Source of the DNA: Bugula neritina
Lineage: Eukaryota > Animalia > Bryozoa
Reading direction: 5' to 3'
Assembly: GCA_964035545.1 (NCBI GenBank)
Contig: OZ037770.1
Coordinates: 12,390,642-12,454,641, forward strand
DNA: 64,000 nucleotides
Shown: positions 1 through 12,442 of the stretch, piece after piece
Layout: each line of letters opens with the position of its first letter
How positions within the stretch are numbered: position 1 is the first letter of the stretch
Position numbers and translations under genes: made by a program
Notes under the pieces: generated by a model
What the model was told of the DNA's origin: nothing
What the model saw: the letters and a program-made list of their open reading frames with translations, nothing else
Database searches by the model: none

Positions 1-109
1 TTGTATTACATGTTTCAATTGCCTGCAACAACTAATTCAAATATCACAGCTAGTAAAAAGTAAATATCACCAGGTGAATCTCTGCCACTTGATTATTTCT
101 CATTAAATT

Positions 110-310
110 AACTGTTGACACTTTTTTAAACTGGTAATTGACACCTTCTAACCTAGTAGTTGACACTTAGTCATCTGGTAGTTAACACTTTGTCACATGG
201 TAGTTGACACCTTGTCACAGGGGGGTCTGATAGTTGACACCTTGTCACCTGGTAGCTGACACTTTGTCACCTAGTTGTTGACACCTTGTCACCTAGTAGT
301 TAACACTTGA
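110..310. repeat. Degenerate ~21-22 bp minisatellite (TAGTTGACACCTTGTCACCTGG-like), intronic
   Basis: About 8 recurrences of (g/t)agttgacac(c/t)ttgtcac between 110 and 310. Confidence 0.75.
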
Positions 311-441
311 AACACTGAACGAAATCTTTCCATCTGTACAGCAGTGTAAGTTATATTCCAATCTGATTGCAAGTCACACTGCAATCTTCTTTGTTCATTT
401 ACACCATGACTTAGCTTTATGTGTTTGTTTTGCTGTTGTAG

Positions 442-600
442 TTTCTGGAACGTAGCAAGACCACCCACGCTCTTGGCAGAGTTGGAGAGGCGGAAGAAGT
501 TGCTAAGGCTATAGCCTTTCTTGCAAGCAGCGATTCAAGTTTTACTACTGGAATGCAGCTGCCAATTGATGGCGGGCGGGGTGTCATGTGCCCGAGATAG
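442..600 (+). CDS. Last coding exon of a classical short-chain dehydrogenase/reductase (FabG-like / adh_short_C2); the rest of the gene lies upstream of the window
   Basis: Acceptor tgttgtag|442 gives FLERSKTTHALGRVGEAEEVAKAIAFLASSDSSFTTGMQLPIDGGRGVMCPR*, matching the SDR C-terminal pattern (P/A)LGRxGxxEEVAxxxxFLASxxSSFxTGxxxxIDGG. Too short to appear in the ORF track. Confidence 0.9.
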   Translation, partial: FLERSKTTHALGRVGEAEEVAKAIAFLASSDSSFTTGMQLPIDGGRGVMCPR

Positions 601-2206
601 CCGTTTCTATAGGAACTCAGGTTATTTGGTTGAAAGTAAGCAATGTAGTTTTTCTTCTTACTATCGAATTATTGTTCATCTTAGCTAAAGTTATTCTGAG
701 TGAGAGGATTGTTAGTGTTACTGTTTATACCTACATGATGCATTTAACTGTAATATATGTTTATATTACTGTAATATATGCATGTCTCACTGTAATATAT
801 GTTATATTATTGTATTATAATTATATGCATATCTTACTTTAATATATGTTATATTATGGCAATATATGTTTCAATATATGTTATAATCATTGAAATGAAA
901 CTATATATAATGTGTATAGGGGTTATAGTTCAATGGTTATAACTTATAATACTACAAAACATGGTTATATTGCAACAGTATATGTTTAATTGTCTATTAT
1001 ATTATATGTTCTGCATCTTTAATCCCAATTTTGTTAAATAAATATTTGAATAATTGTAAAAAACTATGTTCTTGCATTCTCAATGTAAAATTTATCTCTG
1101 AAATCCATACTTTAAAATTTAAATATCAATTGCATGATGATAAAATTATTATAGATAATATTATAAACATTCATCTATGACTCAGACTCTTAGGACTTGC
1201 AAAAAATGCTTGATTTGATTATCCTTTGTAGTATATTTAACATGTATCATTTCCCTTTCTGAATTTATGTAAAATATATTTTGTAATGGAATATATACAA
1301 TAATATATACAATATCGCTACATACAACCAATAATTAATAGGAGTTTGTTTACTATATTCATTGCTCTGGCGGTTATTTTTTTAATTCTGGCACCAACAA
1401 GCAATTCTTAGATGAATGTGTAATATGGCTAACACCCAGTGTAATATTCTACTTAGAATTTACAAGTCTTGTAAAGATTAGCAAACAACTCTACTTTTAA
1501 ACAATATAATTACTAGATTTTCTCTAAATTGAGCTGTTGTGACTTTATAGTTTATTGTTATCGAAAAGACAGTGTAGAATATACTGCATTATTTCATACC
1601 TGCACTAGCAGGTAAATGTCGTAATTGATCACAAACTTACAAAGGCGACATCATGCAATACCATAAACAATTAGCACTCTAAAGCTGTGTATTCACTAAA
1701 GTCTAGTCAGTTCAAAGGTTCCCAGCTTTCAATAGAGACAGCTTCACCCTTTCACTATTAGCTCAAAGCTAATTCTTGTGGTTTATACACTTTTGCTATG
1801 CCACATTCTTCATAGGATGAAGCCCTTTATCTAACATAAAATGAATGAATATTATATAACAAAGAGATTTGTGAACTAAGTAAAGGAATTAGGCTCTAAG
1901 TTCTTTTCAAAACAGCAGCAGTTCTGGTTCAATCAGCATAGGCACTAACACGCAGGACTGTAGTAACAAATATAGCAAGTCTTTACCCTAAACTGGCTTA
2001 AAATAAGGTAAAGTAGTTATGTAAATATAATTTGGCTTTTTTGAGTTGCTTTGAGTTTGTGTTCATAATGCTATGAGTATGAGATTTCATGCTAAGAAAC
2101 AAAGTTTGTTGCTCCAATCACCATTAAAGTTAAGCTAGATTTATATATGCTTATACTTCATAATTGTTCAATTACATTTTTAGACAGGAGCGAAGGGTGA
2201 TTAGAA

Positions 2207-5200
2207 ATGTTGGCAAGAGTATTGATATTGCTGGTTATACTTGCTGTTGCTGAGTCGTGTATACAGCACACTGACTGCGAGAGCTGTACCAGAGGCAGCA
2301 GACGTGTCAGATTCAAGATGATTTCCTGCAGGTGGTGTCCATTCAAGAGCACGTGTCATACAGAGGGAAGCAGTATGTTGGCTGCTCTTGTATTTTATTC
2401 AAATATCTTATGTTTTTCTTAGGTATTATAGTCAAAATCATTGAGGTAAGTGCAGTAATAGAGAACTTGAGAAAAAGCCCGTGTTCTAGATTAGAAATGT
2501 AGCAAAAGAGGTTGTTTTCTTGCAAAAGTTCCATCTGTGTCCCAAATCAAAGTCTATAAAGAAATTTAAAGAACTTAGATTTTCTCAATTTCTTCACCAC
2601 TGCATCTAAATGAAATCGTTATGAAATGATTATAGCCATTTTTTAGTTCCAAACTATGGCAAGCAATTGCTTAAATTTAGTTGCTGTAGTGTTGAGATTA
2701 CCCAAAAGCCTGCAATTAGAATCTCAGCACATAGTGGCAAATAATCACAAGCTTGTTTCAGCCTTTAGTGTGGTCTAGTAGTACCACTCCGAAGGAGTTG
2801 AGAGGTCAGGAGAGCTGAGAACTGTAGGAATAGCATAAAGGTCAGAGGAGTTCTAGAGAACTGAGTATAGGATATGTTATAGTAGGTGCCAACAACTCCA
2901 GATACCCAAGTGTATAGTGTTAAGATATCACCCAGTATAGTCCCTGTGGTGTAAGGATTTATTCGCCTGTGGTCTGCGGCTCAAATACCAGTCCCAGGGA
3001 ACATCTATGTGGTATTATATATACTATTTTAGCGGATCATGGTTGTGATGACTATGAGGTGGCCTTGACATCACAGTGTGTCAATGCCACTCAGCTGGTG
3101 ATAAGATACGACAGCAAGCTTGCTGAACAATTAGCAAAATGGTCATCTTTAGCTTACTTAAATCCTATATATTATGACCTCAACTCTATTCAATCAGCTG
3201 TTATGACCCAATTCAATGGCCGTTATGAGGTGAGCAAAAATACAATCTACTGATTGACTATATATTTCTCTGACATTGACTGCCAGTGCTCTCTAAATAT
3301 ATTCGGTGGTGCAGATACAATAACAATTCTCTTGGTGCTTTGGTGGCATAGCATTTGATAGCACTTAGGGAGGGACCTTCATTACTCAGTTAGTGAAATT
3401 ATTGACTGAAAATTTGATCTGCACATTCTGGAATAGCATAGCCAGAAGACCCTACCACCTGGCTATTAAACTGCCCAGATGGGCTGCACACCCATCATGC
3501 ATGTCAAATGCAAACTAACAGAACTTAGTATAGCTACCTATGTATGATTTGTTATTATTTTTCTCTTTCATGACCCACACTGCTTTACTAGAAGTGCTTG
3601 GTGAACTTTATTGATATGCTTTTTTTACAATGGTCTTAAAATGTTCTTCTATTATTTTCTATTGCATGCTTTATGGCACTGTTTATAGTTTGATTGTTCG
3701 TTTTCAACTATTAGCCAGTGGCAGAAGCAAAAGTTTTTAAAAATATTTTTGCTTGATTTGACAGCACTGATATTTATTATTGTATATACAAGCTTTTTAT
3801 TAGGAAAAAAGAACTTAACAGACAAACTTTGAAGGCCTATTGTTCAAGTTTTGCGTAATTTTTTTTCAAAATAATGTTAGAGCTCTAATTTTAGGTAGTT
3901 GAGTTTCTATTGGTGGACTGTGAATGGCATATTTTCAAGACTGAGAGGACTTGTGCAGCAGTTATAGCCAAGTCTCTGACTGAAAATATTATTGTCATAG
4001 CTTTTAAGGGGTCTTTTCTACCAACTGAAATAAAAGGACCCCACGAGATATCTTACAGAGATCTAAAAACCTTTGAGCCAACTGGTGGAAAAGTTAGTAC
4101 TAATATTGTGATACATGCGGCTATATACAAGTAAACATAAATAGTTTTAGTTTTACTGTTGTTGGAAGAAAATACTGATTTTGTAATAGTGCTGCTTTCT
4201 TAGCAAAAATATGGTTTAAATTTAGCTAAAAAGACTTTAAATATATGTATTATTATATCACAGGAAGCAGCCATGGTGTAGTGGTTAGGGCCTAGTATAA
4301 AAACAAGGTCATTAGTTGATACTAAACCCTAGCAGTGATGCTGGCAGGAGTATCCAGTCATAATTGCTCCTGTGCCACATCTGAATAAGTCCTTAGCCCA
4401 ATTTACAAATACTTTTTCTATCATTAAGAAGCAGCAGTGAAGAAATTAAGATAGCCTAAGTTCTTTAACTTTGTTATTAAATTTTGGTTGAAATTTTCAC
4501 GAGAACCTAACTTCTTTTGTTAGGTACATTTCTAATCTAGATCACATGCAAGCTTTTCTCAATTTCTTATTTATAACTGCACCTATCTCTTTTCTATATC
4601 AGGGGTTTCTCACAGGGATAGTGATTATATTAACTTGAGTGATAATACCTATGTTTCATTTTCCTTTAACATTCTATTCAAGATAATGGAGTATAGTAAG
4701 AAAACTCATGACATTTTATTCCCGTGCATGAAAGCCACACTGCAAAGACTTCTAACTTCCCAACCAACTGCAGCTGTTCTTATTACAGGGCATTCCGATG
4801 GTAAGATATATGTCTTGTTCAAATGTGACACTAAATTCATTCAAAGGGGGAAAATTAGCCCATTTAGACTAACTACAAAACATCATCATGATTTTTTCTG
4901 AGTTGTAAAATGCTTATAAAGTACCTGTAATTTACAAAATAGTTTGCCATCTGTTTGACAGAACCTGCTAGGTATAAACTATTCATTGAAATTCTTTGAA
5001 TACATTTCTGTAGCTAAAATTAAATTGAAAAACAATTTGAGTTGTTGTAATATTTTTAGGAGGAGCACAGGCACAGCTAGCTGGGGCTCGTCTGCTTGCA
5101 GAGGAAATGGTTTCTAACGCTAAGCTCCATATTTACACATTTGGATCTCCCCGAGTTGGAGATGTTGATTTTGCATATTATTACGATAGAGTGAGTCCAC

Positions 5201-6586
5201 TTTACTGTATACACTATAATCTATATCATGTGATATCTATAGTTTAATTATATTGTCATCTAAATATACAAATGTCAAACTTGTAAACCAACTATTAGTG
5301 GTAACTATTTTTTCAACATTAATTTGTTCTGCAGTTTATGCCAATTATGATGAACAGAAAATTTGCTTGTATAATATGGTCAAGATGAAATATGCACAAT
5401 TTTAACAGATGATAAAAGCTATAAAAAATATTACCAGCATTTCAATTAAGTTTTCTGAGTCATAGAGATAATCTCTGTTAACTAACTAAAAATGTATGAA
5501 AAGTTTTTGAAACTTATGAAAATTGGTAGTTTTTGAAAATAGAAAAACTTTTGACTTTAGTTTTATCAAAGAGTTTTATGGCAAAGTTTAGTTAAAAATA
5601 ATTGCAAGATAACACATTAAGCCAGGTGAAGATTATATGATATTAAATCCGTGTTTAAACCACAGCTAGTGGGCAACAGTTGGAGAGTGACAAGAAGAGA
5701 AGATTTCACCCCACTGACAGTGTCAAAAAATAACTACCCTTTCTTCCATCACACCAGAAGAGAGATATACTACCATTACTCTGGTGTTATGAGACCGTCT
5801 TCGGACTATGAGATATGCAAGTCTAATAGGGTGAGTCATCTCTAACTAATTTGTTCATTTCTAAGTACGTTGTAGATGCACTTATCATGGTTAGGTATTT
5901 CTATTGTTTTGTAATACATGTAACAAGAAGGTTACTGATGTAAAGCACATGGTATTGGATTTATTAGTTATAACTACAACAAAGGATAGTAATACTGGTC
6001 ACCTTTGGTCACCTTTCACCACCGTGGTCTTGTGTTAGTAATACTTACACAGTAAAGTTTTATTTAGGAGCAGTAGCGGAAAAATTTAAACAGTCTATAA
6101 GCTCTTAAAAATTTTTTATAATTTTTGGTTTGGGGCAGGGGTTGAAATTTTTGAGACAACATAACTTCTTATGCTACATTTCTAACTTATAGAACACAGG
6201 CTTTTCTCAATTTCTCCATTACTATACACCTATCTCTACAATCTAGAGGATAGGTTTCAGAGCAAGAACTACACATATACTATTATATAGACGTTGATTG
6301 AAACAACAACAAGGAAACATGATTCAAATCTACTAATTATAGCTATTAGGTATAGTAAGATGTTATAGCACATTGCATAACTACCAACATTTTGCAGGAA
6401 GAAAGTGGATGCATAGAATGGCAAGGTAAACTATCGGTAAAGTCTTCTACAAGCAATAGCAATCAATATTTTGTGCAGGATCTCCAAGGCTATATGAAAG
6501 GAATGGTAGTTGAAGGATCGAATCATTTACATGGATATATGAACATGGATTGCAGAGTAATGCCGATTGGAAGATCTATAGACTGA
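2207..6586 (+). CDS. Secreted class-3 lipase-like protein with N-terminal Cys-rich (PSI-like) module, 7 coding exons
   Basis: Exons 2207-2372, 3033-3229, 3895-4092, 4683-4800, 5060-5190, 5666-5830, 6398-6586, all GT-AG and in frame. Signal peptide MLARVLILLVILAVAES; Lipase_3 motifs IVIAFKGS, VLITGHSDGGA, YTFGSPRVGD, WRVTRREDFTP, FFHHTRREIYY. Confidence 0.88.
2447..2535 (-). repeat. Copy of an unclassified ~110-bp dispersed repeat; other copies on + at ~4490-4590, ~6130-6240, ~10920-11030, ~15425-15535
   Basis: Shared core acataact..ttg(c/t)tacatttctaatctagaacac..gcttttctcaa recurs five times in the first 16 kb. Confidence 0.6.
4263..4640 (+). mobile_element. Decayed tRNA-derived SINE interrupted by the ~110-bp repeat
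   Basis: ggaagcagccatggtgtagtggttag...atccagtcataattgctcctgtgc (4263-4420); SINE 3' part tatcaggggtttctcacagggatagtga resumes at ~4597. Confidence 0.65.
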
Positions 6587-7577
6587 GTTTTAGACTCGTT
6601 GGCATCTTGTAGCAAAACTTGGTTGCTAACAGTTTAGCTAATTATAGAATTGCCTGTGCTAAAGCATGTGTCGAATAATTGCAGAATAATATATAAAAGA
6701 AAGTGATTTTTTAAACTATGCTCTTATAAAAACTAATTATTTGGAATGTAATTTATGAAATATAATATTATAGAAATGGCTATATATAGGCAAAATTTCA
6801 TGTACTCTGCAAAATTTTTTATGTTCTTGTTGTAGTTCGCAGGGTAGAAAATTTCTCTGTAATGCAAGATAAAATTATTTTAAGAACATAATCGTTTTTT
6901 GCTATTTTTGTTAATATTTTGTCTGGATAGTCCAAAATATTTATGTCTAATGAGCTTTGTTCATGACAGGTGTTATTGCTATGTTTCTATCACTATTTGA
7001 TTAATTAGTTCAAGTTTCCATTTGGGTAATAACCTACTCAATATATAGACACGAATGTGCAAACTGGCTTTTGAAACAGCTCAAGTACATATACACCTAC
7101 TAATAAGCAATATTTATTTTATCCGACTACGCTTATTGCAATGCTGATCCAGCAATATTTTACATGTGTTTACTTGCACACTATTCAGCTTCATACATTG
7201 ATCTTAGAACATAAAATGCTTATTTTTTGGGTTTCGGCCATGCGCTTTATTTATTTAAAAAACGTTGTGACTATAACTTGTAAAAATATGTTTGACTTCA
7301 TGATAAATGCAGCAAATAATTAGCTTAGGGTATTAAACTTATTTTAAAAAATATTATACTGATACTAAGTAAACGGAATGGCCTCTTGCGGTTACTAATA
7401 CTATAAAATAATTGAGGCATATGTCAGGATAAAATAAGATGTTTTTAAAACAATTCAAGCTTTAAAATTTGTTAATTAGATTTATCACTATCTAAAAAAT
7501 GCACTCCTAGAAAAGAAATTATTCTTTAGCTTCTTCAAAAAACTTCTTCTATCAGTCTGTCTCAGTGCACTAAGTCT

Positions 7578-9935
7578 TTAAAATGAATCTTCTTGTGCAA
7601 TACCACTAGCAGCTATGTCGTTAGCTCTGTGGGCCTCATCTTCTTGTGCAATACTACCAACAGCTAGGCCATTGTTTGCTCTTTGGGCCTCATCTTCTGG
7701 TGCAGTACTACCAACAGCTAGGTCATTGTTAGTTCTGTGGACTTCATCTTCTTGTGCAATACTACCAGGAGTCCTACGATCATTATAATTATCTTCCCCA
7801 GACCCTGCTTCAACAACATTCCTTCCCTCACCTTGTTGCTCCAAATGGCTACAAGCTGTAATAATTCGATGAACATCACTAAGAGCTCTTTGAAGAACTG
7901 CTCCTAATTCATTGTGTTGTTGTTGTAAATATCTGCAATCTCGACACCTTTGAGTGTTACCAGCTGTGTAGCCATTTTCAACTCTTTGAAGGACAACTCC
8001 ACTTACACCCTGGATTACTTGTCCATTACCATTAGCAGCTGTGTAGCCATTTTCAATTCTTTGAGGGACAACTCCACTTACACCCTGGATTACTTGTCTA
8101 TTACCATTATGGGCTGCGTAGCCATTTTCAACTCTTTGAGGAACAACTCCACTTACACCTAGGATTACTTGTCCATTACCATTAGGAGCTGTGTAGCCAT
8201 TTTCAACTCTTTGTTGAACAATTCCACTTACACCCTGAATTACTTGTTCATCACCATTATGAGCTGTGTAGCCATTTTCAACTCTTTGATGAAAAATTCT
8301 TTCAGACTGAATTACTTGTCCACCACCACTATGCGCTGTGTAGCTATTTTCAACTCTTTGAGGGACAACTCCACTTTCCCCCTGAATTACTTGTCCCCCA
8401 CCACTATGAGCTGTGTAGCCATTTTCAACTCTTTGAGGTACAACTCCACTTACACCCTGAATTACTTGTCTATCACCATTATGAGCTGTGTAACCATTTT
8501 CAACTCTTTGATGAACAATTCTTTCAGACTGAATTACTTGTCTATCACCACTATAATGCGCTGTGTAGCTATTTTCAACTCTTTGAGGGACAACTCCACT
8601 TTCCCCCTGAACTTGTTCATCACATCTGAAATATATTTGAGCAACACCAGCAACATTCCTAAAACTATTACTACTATAATGAGGTCCTTGGGAATCACCT
8701 ATTATGACAGCTCGCCTATCAATTTCATTACCTGTTTGAGCTAAATATCCTTGATCAATACCAACAGCAGCTCTCTCATTATCAAGTCTTTGAAGAACAG
8801 CTATTCTTTCATCGATTTGTTGCATCAGATATATATAAGCTGGAAATTCCTGACTATTACTACCAGAAACCCTCTCATTAGTAAATCTTTGAGAAACAGC
8901 TCTTCTTTCATCCTGATTTTCCTCTAGAATTTGGCGAACTAGATCTGGTTGAGCAACAATACCAGGGATCCTATAACAATTTTCAACTCTTTGAGGAATA
9001 ACTCCTACTTCACCATGTCTCTGTTCATTACTACTGTGAGCTAGCTCTCTAGAAGCAAAACTTCTATTTTCAACTCTTTGAGGAACAAATCTTCTTTCCA
9101 CCCGCTCTTGCCCCAGATCTCTGTGAGCTAGATGTACTTGAGCAATGCCATAGTGGTCTGTTCTTGCCAAATTTCTTTCTGCAATATGCCTCTCACCAGT
9201 AACTTGCTCAGCATGGGTTTCTTGAAAAAAGTCCCACTCAACAACATTATCATGCTCCTGAGCTCCATTTTCAACAACACGATTGGGTACTCTTCTTACT
9301 CGATGTCTTTCATCAAAATCTCTTTCTGCTGGGTGCTCTTCATTAGGGTTGTTTGGTTGGCTAAGTGAGGGTAAAGGTAAAGCTCTAAGATTGATTTGGT
9401 GAATTGAGATTTCTTGGGGAGGCCCATTACCAGTCTCCTGTGCACTGTTTATTCCAGCGCCCTCTCTTCCAGGTTGAGTAAGTCTTTCTCCGTCAAAGTC
9501 ACTGCTTACAGCTTCAATTGGTTCTAGGTCGAATAGATCTACGAACAAATCATCAGGTAGTTCTGCAAAGTCTGGTAACACATCACCAGCGAGAACTGGA
9601 TTCCCTGCAACAAGATATATAGGTCTCTCTCTCTGGTTTCTCAGACCTTCACCAGCTAATTCCGGAGTTTCTGTAGCAAAACTTCCAACTTCACTTCTCT
9701 CAGGCTCATATCTTAAAACTTCTCCAGCTATATCTAAAGCTTGTCTCTCCAGATTTATAGCTTGGCCTTGTTCAGCTCTAATTCTCAGACTTCCACCAGC
9801 TACTCCTGAAGCTCCGGCAATAAGGTTAACACTATTCACATTCTCTTGAGTGTCATTTCTTCCACCTTCCTCTCTGTTAGCAGGCCTCTGCCCAGCTTGG
9901 TTTCTCTCAGGGCTATTGGCTCCATTTGCTGACAT
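7578..9935 (-). CDS. 785-aa single-exon, low-complexity Q/E/R/G/N-rich repeat protein of unknown function
   Basis: 2.36-kb uninterrupted ORF in ~32% GC DNA; acceptor ggaacag| two nt before the ATG; upstream minus-strand donors near 10192 and 10380 suggest non-coding 5' exons; no signal peptide or TM segment visible. Confidence 0.8.
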   Translation of the reverse strand: MSANGANSPERNQAGQRPANREEGGRNDTQENVNSVNLIAGASGVAGGSLRIRAEQGQAINLERQALDIAGEVLRYEPERSEVGSFATETPELAGEGLRNQRERPIYLVAGNPVLAGDVLPDFAELPDDLFVDLFDLEPIEAVSSDFDGERLTQPGREGAGINSAQETGNGPPQEISIHQINLRALPLPSLSQPNNPNEEHPAERDFDERHRVRRVPNRVVENGAQEHDNVVEWDFFQETHAEQVTGERHIAERNLARTDHYGIAQVHLAHRDLGQERVERRFVPQRVENRSFASRELAHSSNEQRHGEVGVIPQRVENCYRIPGIVAQPDLVRQILEENQDERRAVSQRFTNERVSGSNSQEFPAYIYLMQQIDERIAVLQRLDNERAAVGIDQGYLAQTGNEIDRRAVIIGDSQGPHYSSNSFRNVAGVAQIYFRCDEQVQGESGVVPQRVENSYTAHYSGDRQVIQSERIVHQRVENGYTAHNGDRQVIQGVSGVVPQRVENGYTAHSGGGQVIQGESGVVPQRVENSYTAHSGGGQVIQSERIFHQRVENGYTAHNGDEQVIQGVSGIVQQRVENGYTAPNGNGQVILGVSGVVPQRVENGYAAHNGNRQVIQGVSGVVPQRIENGYTAANGNGQVIQGVSGVVLQRVENGYTAGNTQRCRDCRYLQQQHNELGAVLQRALSDVHRIITACSHLEQQGEGRNVVEAGSGEDNYNDRRTPGSIAQEDEVHRTNNDLAVGSTAPEDEAQRANNGLAVGSIAQEDEAHRANDIAASGIAQEDSF
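7963..8620 (-). repeat. Coding minisatellite: nine ~75-bp units (25 aa, VSGVVPQRVENGYTAHNGNGQVIQG)
   Basis: gctgtgtagccattttcaactcttt recurs at ~7963, 8038, 8113, 8188, 8263, 8336, 8410, 8485, 8560. A separate ~54-bp repeat (GSIAQEDEAHRANNDLAV) covers 7590-7770. Confidence 0.9.
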
Positions 9936-11898
9936 GACTGTTCCAAAGATATATGCATGTTTTAGATTCTTGAAATGATGAAAAATATTACTTAGTATTA
10001 TCCCTCATGATTAAAATATATTGTATGTACATTGAATTCATAACATAAAACAACAAATGCTGATTTTCTATAAATTCACAAGTGTAGGTAAGTGCTTGAG
10101 TGTGCGTTTGTATATTATGCACAAGTACAAAAATATTATAAAATAAACTTAAGCAAAATAAACAAAAAATACACAAGCATAGACTTTTTTACCTGTTGAG
10201 CTTTAGCTGGTATTTCACATGGAGTCAAAACTTTTATCTTCGAACTTGTAGAGCAATAGTTTGCCACTACCAGCCTTTGTATAAAGCTTTTTTTTAAAAT
10301 CCTAAATAAAAGCTGAACTTTAATTGAAAAATGTTAATATGGCTAAAATATTTAGCTTTTATTAATTATAATATACTTACCCTGTGTAGTGTTGTAATGC
10401 TTGCAAGCCTGAGGTATCGGCCTAACTCTCACTGAGGGCAGTTATTTTACAACCTGAAATTACTGTTTTGCTTTCTAAGTACACAAAGAAAAAGTAACTA
10501 CTATAAATAAAACTATAATTAAATTTAGTTAAATCAAACTTTAGTAGTTTTCTAATTTTTATAATAATGCTAAAGTTGCACATGTAAAGTTTGAAACAGT
10601 TTCCATTGAATGGTTACTAATAATAATATGTAAACTTGAAGAAATAAAATAAAAGTTTTTCTCTGATACAATCATATCAATATAATGAAAAGTGCACCAA
10701 TATATGTTGACCAATTTATACCTAACTTTTAACTCATTTTTATTTTAGCGGTTACTATCTGTGTACACAAATTCTACCCAGTCACCCCTTTTCAGTTGAT
10801 ATTTGAACACTTTTTACAACTTCAATCCACTTTGTTATGATATGATTCAGTGTAAAGTGAACAATGGAACAGTGATGGAATTACGCTATAGCCATTTAAA
10901 TTATTTAGTATTACTTGGTTTGGGGGCCAGTATAGAAAGTCTTGCAAAGACATAACTTTTTGTTACATTTCGAATCTAGAACACGAACTTTTCTCAAATT
11001 TTTTTCTACTACGTGTACCTCCAGCCGGCTTACAACAATCTAAAGAAGACCATTGATTTTTGTTTAATGCTAATGCATGGCTAATTATGGCTCATCAAAG
11101 TCATAGCTTGATATACGCTAAGCCATGGCAGTATAGCTTTTTAGAGCTGTTGCCTACAGCAGACCAGCCTATAAATTTAACTTAGAAAGTAAAAATAAAA
11201 TATAAAATATATCGACAGTATTTTGAGGATTTCTGGGCAATGCCACAAAAACTTTTTGGCTCTCAAAAGAATTTTCAAATAATTCATTCAGATTTTTATT
11301 TGTGCTAAAATATCAAAAACAAACAATTCAAAATGGCATATTGCTGCATGTTACAAAAGTGAACTTTGAACGCATGACTTAATGATCACAGACACCGTAA
11401 AAGATGAAATCTGCAGCTATAAACCAAAAGGTTATAGGATATTCTATATAGGAACTGTGTTGTTGTTATTATGTGTTTGAAGTCTAATAAACCTTCTCAG
11501 ATTAGACTGGCAAAACTGGCTTTAGTTTTAAAAACTAAAGTTTTGGTTAACATAATTGTCATCAATGCTTTCATTGATGATTTTATTTTAGAAGCACTAT
11601 AATAGCTTAACTGTGGCTTTTAATTGAAGCAAATGGAAATATGTGATTAAATCACATTTTATCTGTGTTTTACTGCAATAAATTTTGGTAATTAAAATTT
11701 ATTGCACTATAACGCAGGTAAAATTTGGTTTATTTATTTTGCAGTAACTATATACAGTGCTAATAATAACAGAATTTGCTTCTACTTAACAAGGTCACAG
11801 CACAACTTTGAGACGTAGCTTTTGAGCTATCTATTGGCATAATAAGAAATTACATGGAATCTCACAAAACTTTTGTATACATAGCTGTATAAAGCACA

Positions 11899-11906
11899 TA
11901 TAAAAG
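11899..11906 (+). promoter_or_regulatory. Putative TATA box of tail-anchored gene TA1, followed by a short non-coding exon ending 11963
   Basis: TATAAAAG, then tttgg|GTAAGT donor ~60 nt downstream. Same layout in paralog TA2 (TATAAA 16607, donor 16689) and TA3 (TATAAAAA 23930, donor 23966). Confidence 0.55.
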
Positions 11907-12442
11907 ATCTTTGTGCTTAGATGTCATATGCTTTAATTTTATTTGGCGGTCGTCAATCTTTGGGTAAGTCAGGTTTTAGGGTATGCTTTTTTAATACTCA
12001 TTAAAATAAAAATGAAGGAATTTATTTAGGAACATATTTTGTTTTGGTGCCAGTTTAAAATTTTTGATTTATCAAGTTTAACTATAAATTACATTATATA
12101 TTAAAGTATTGAGTAGGCTATACATAAAGCATTCTTATCGCTAAATACAACCACGGTACAATTTTTTAAGTAAACATAGGCAATATAGATTTAATTGTTG
12201 AAACTCTTCCAAGTCCAATTTATTAGAAATTTTAAATAAATTAAAACAGCTGTTTACTGCAGCATCTAAATTATGCTCCATAATAAAATCATTTAAAATC
12301 CACCAGAGTTTTTAGTGCCGAAATGTTACATTAATTATAAACAAATAAATGATACTAATTTTGACAAATCATCAGTTACTGTAAACAATTTTGATTAAGC
12401 TGCTATTATCTGTTAAAATTTCAAGATAAATCCTGTGCAACA

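Noticed and set aside
588-842. 84-aa hydrophobic ORF
   Set aside because: Overlaps the SDR stop codon and lies in its AT-rich repetitive 3' UTR
7950-8744. Plus-strand ORFs of 70 and 191 aa, and a CRISPR-like reading of the 75-bp repeats
   Set aside because: Antisense shadows of the coding repeat; units are similar along their whole length with no unique spacers, in a eukaryotic context with no cas genes
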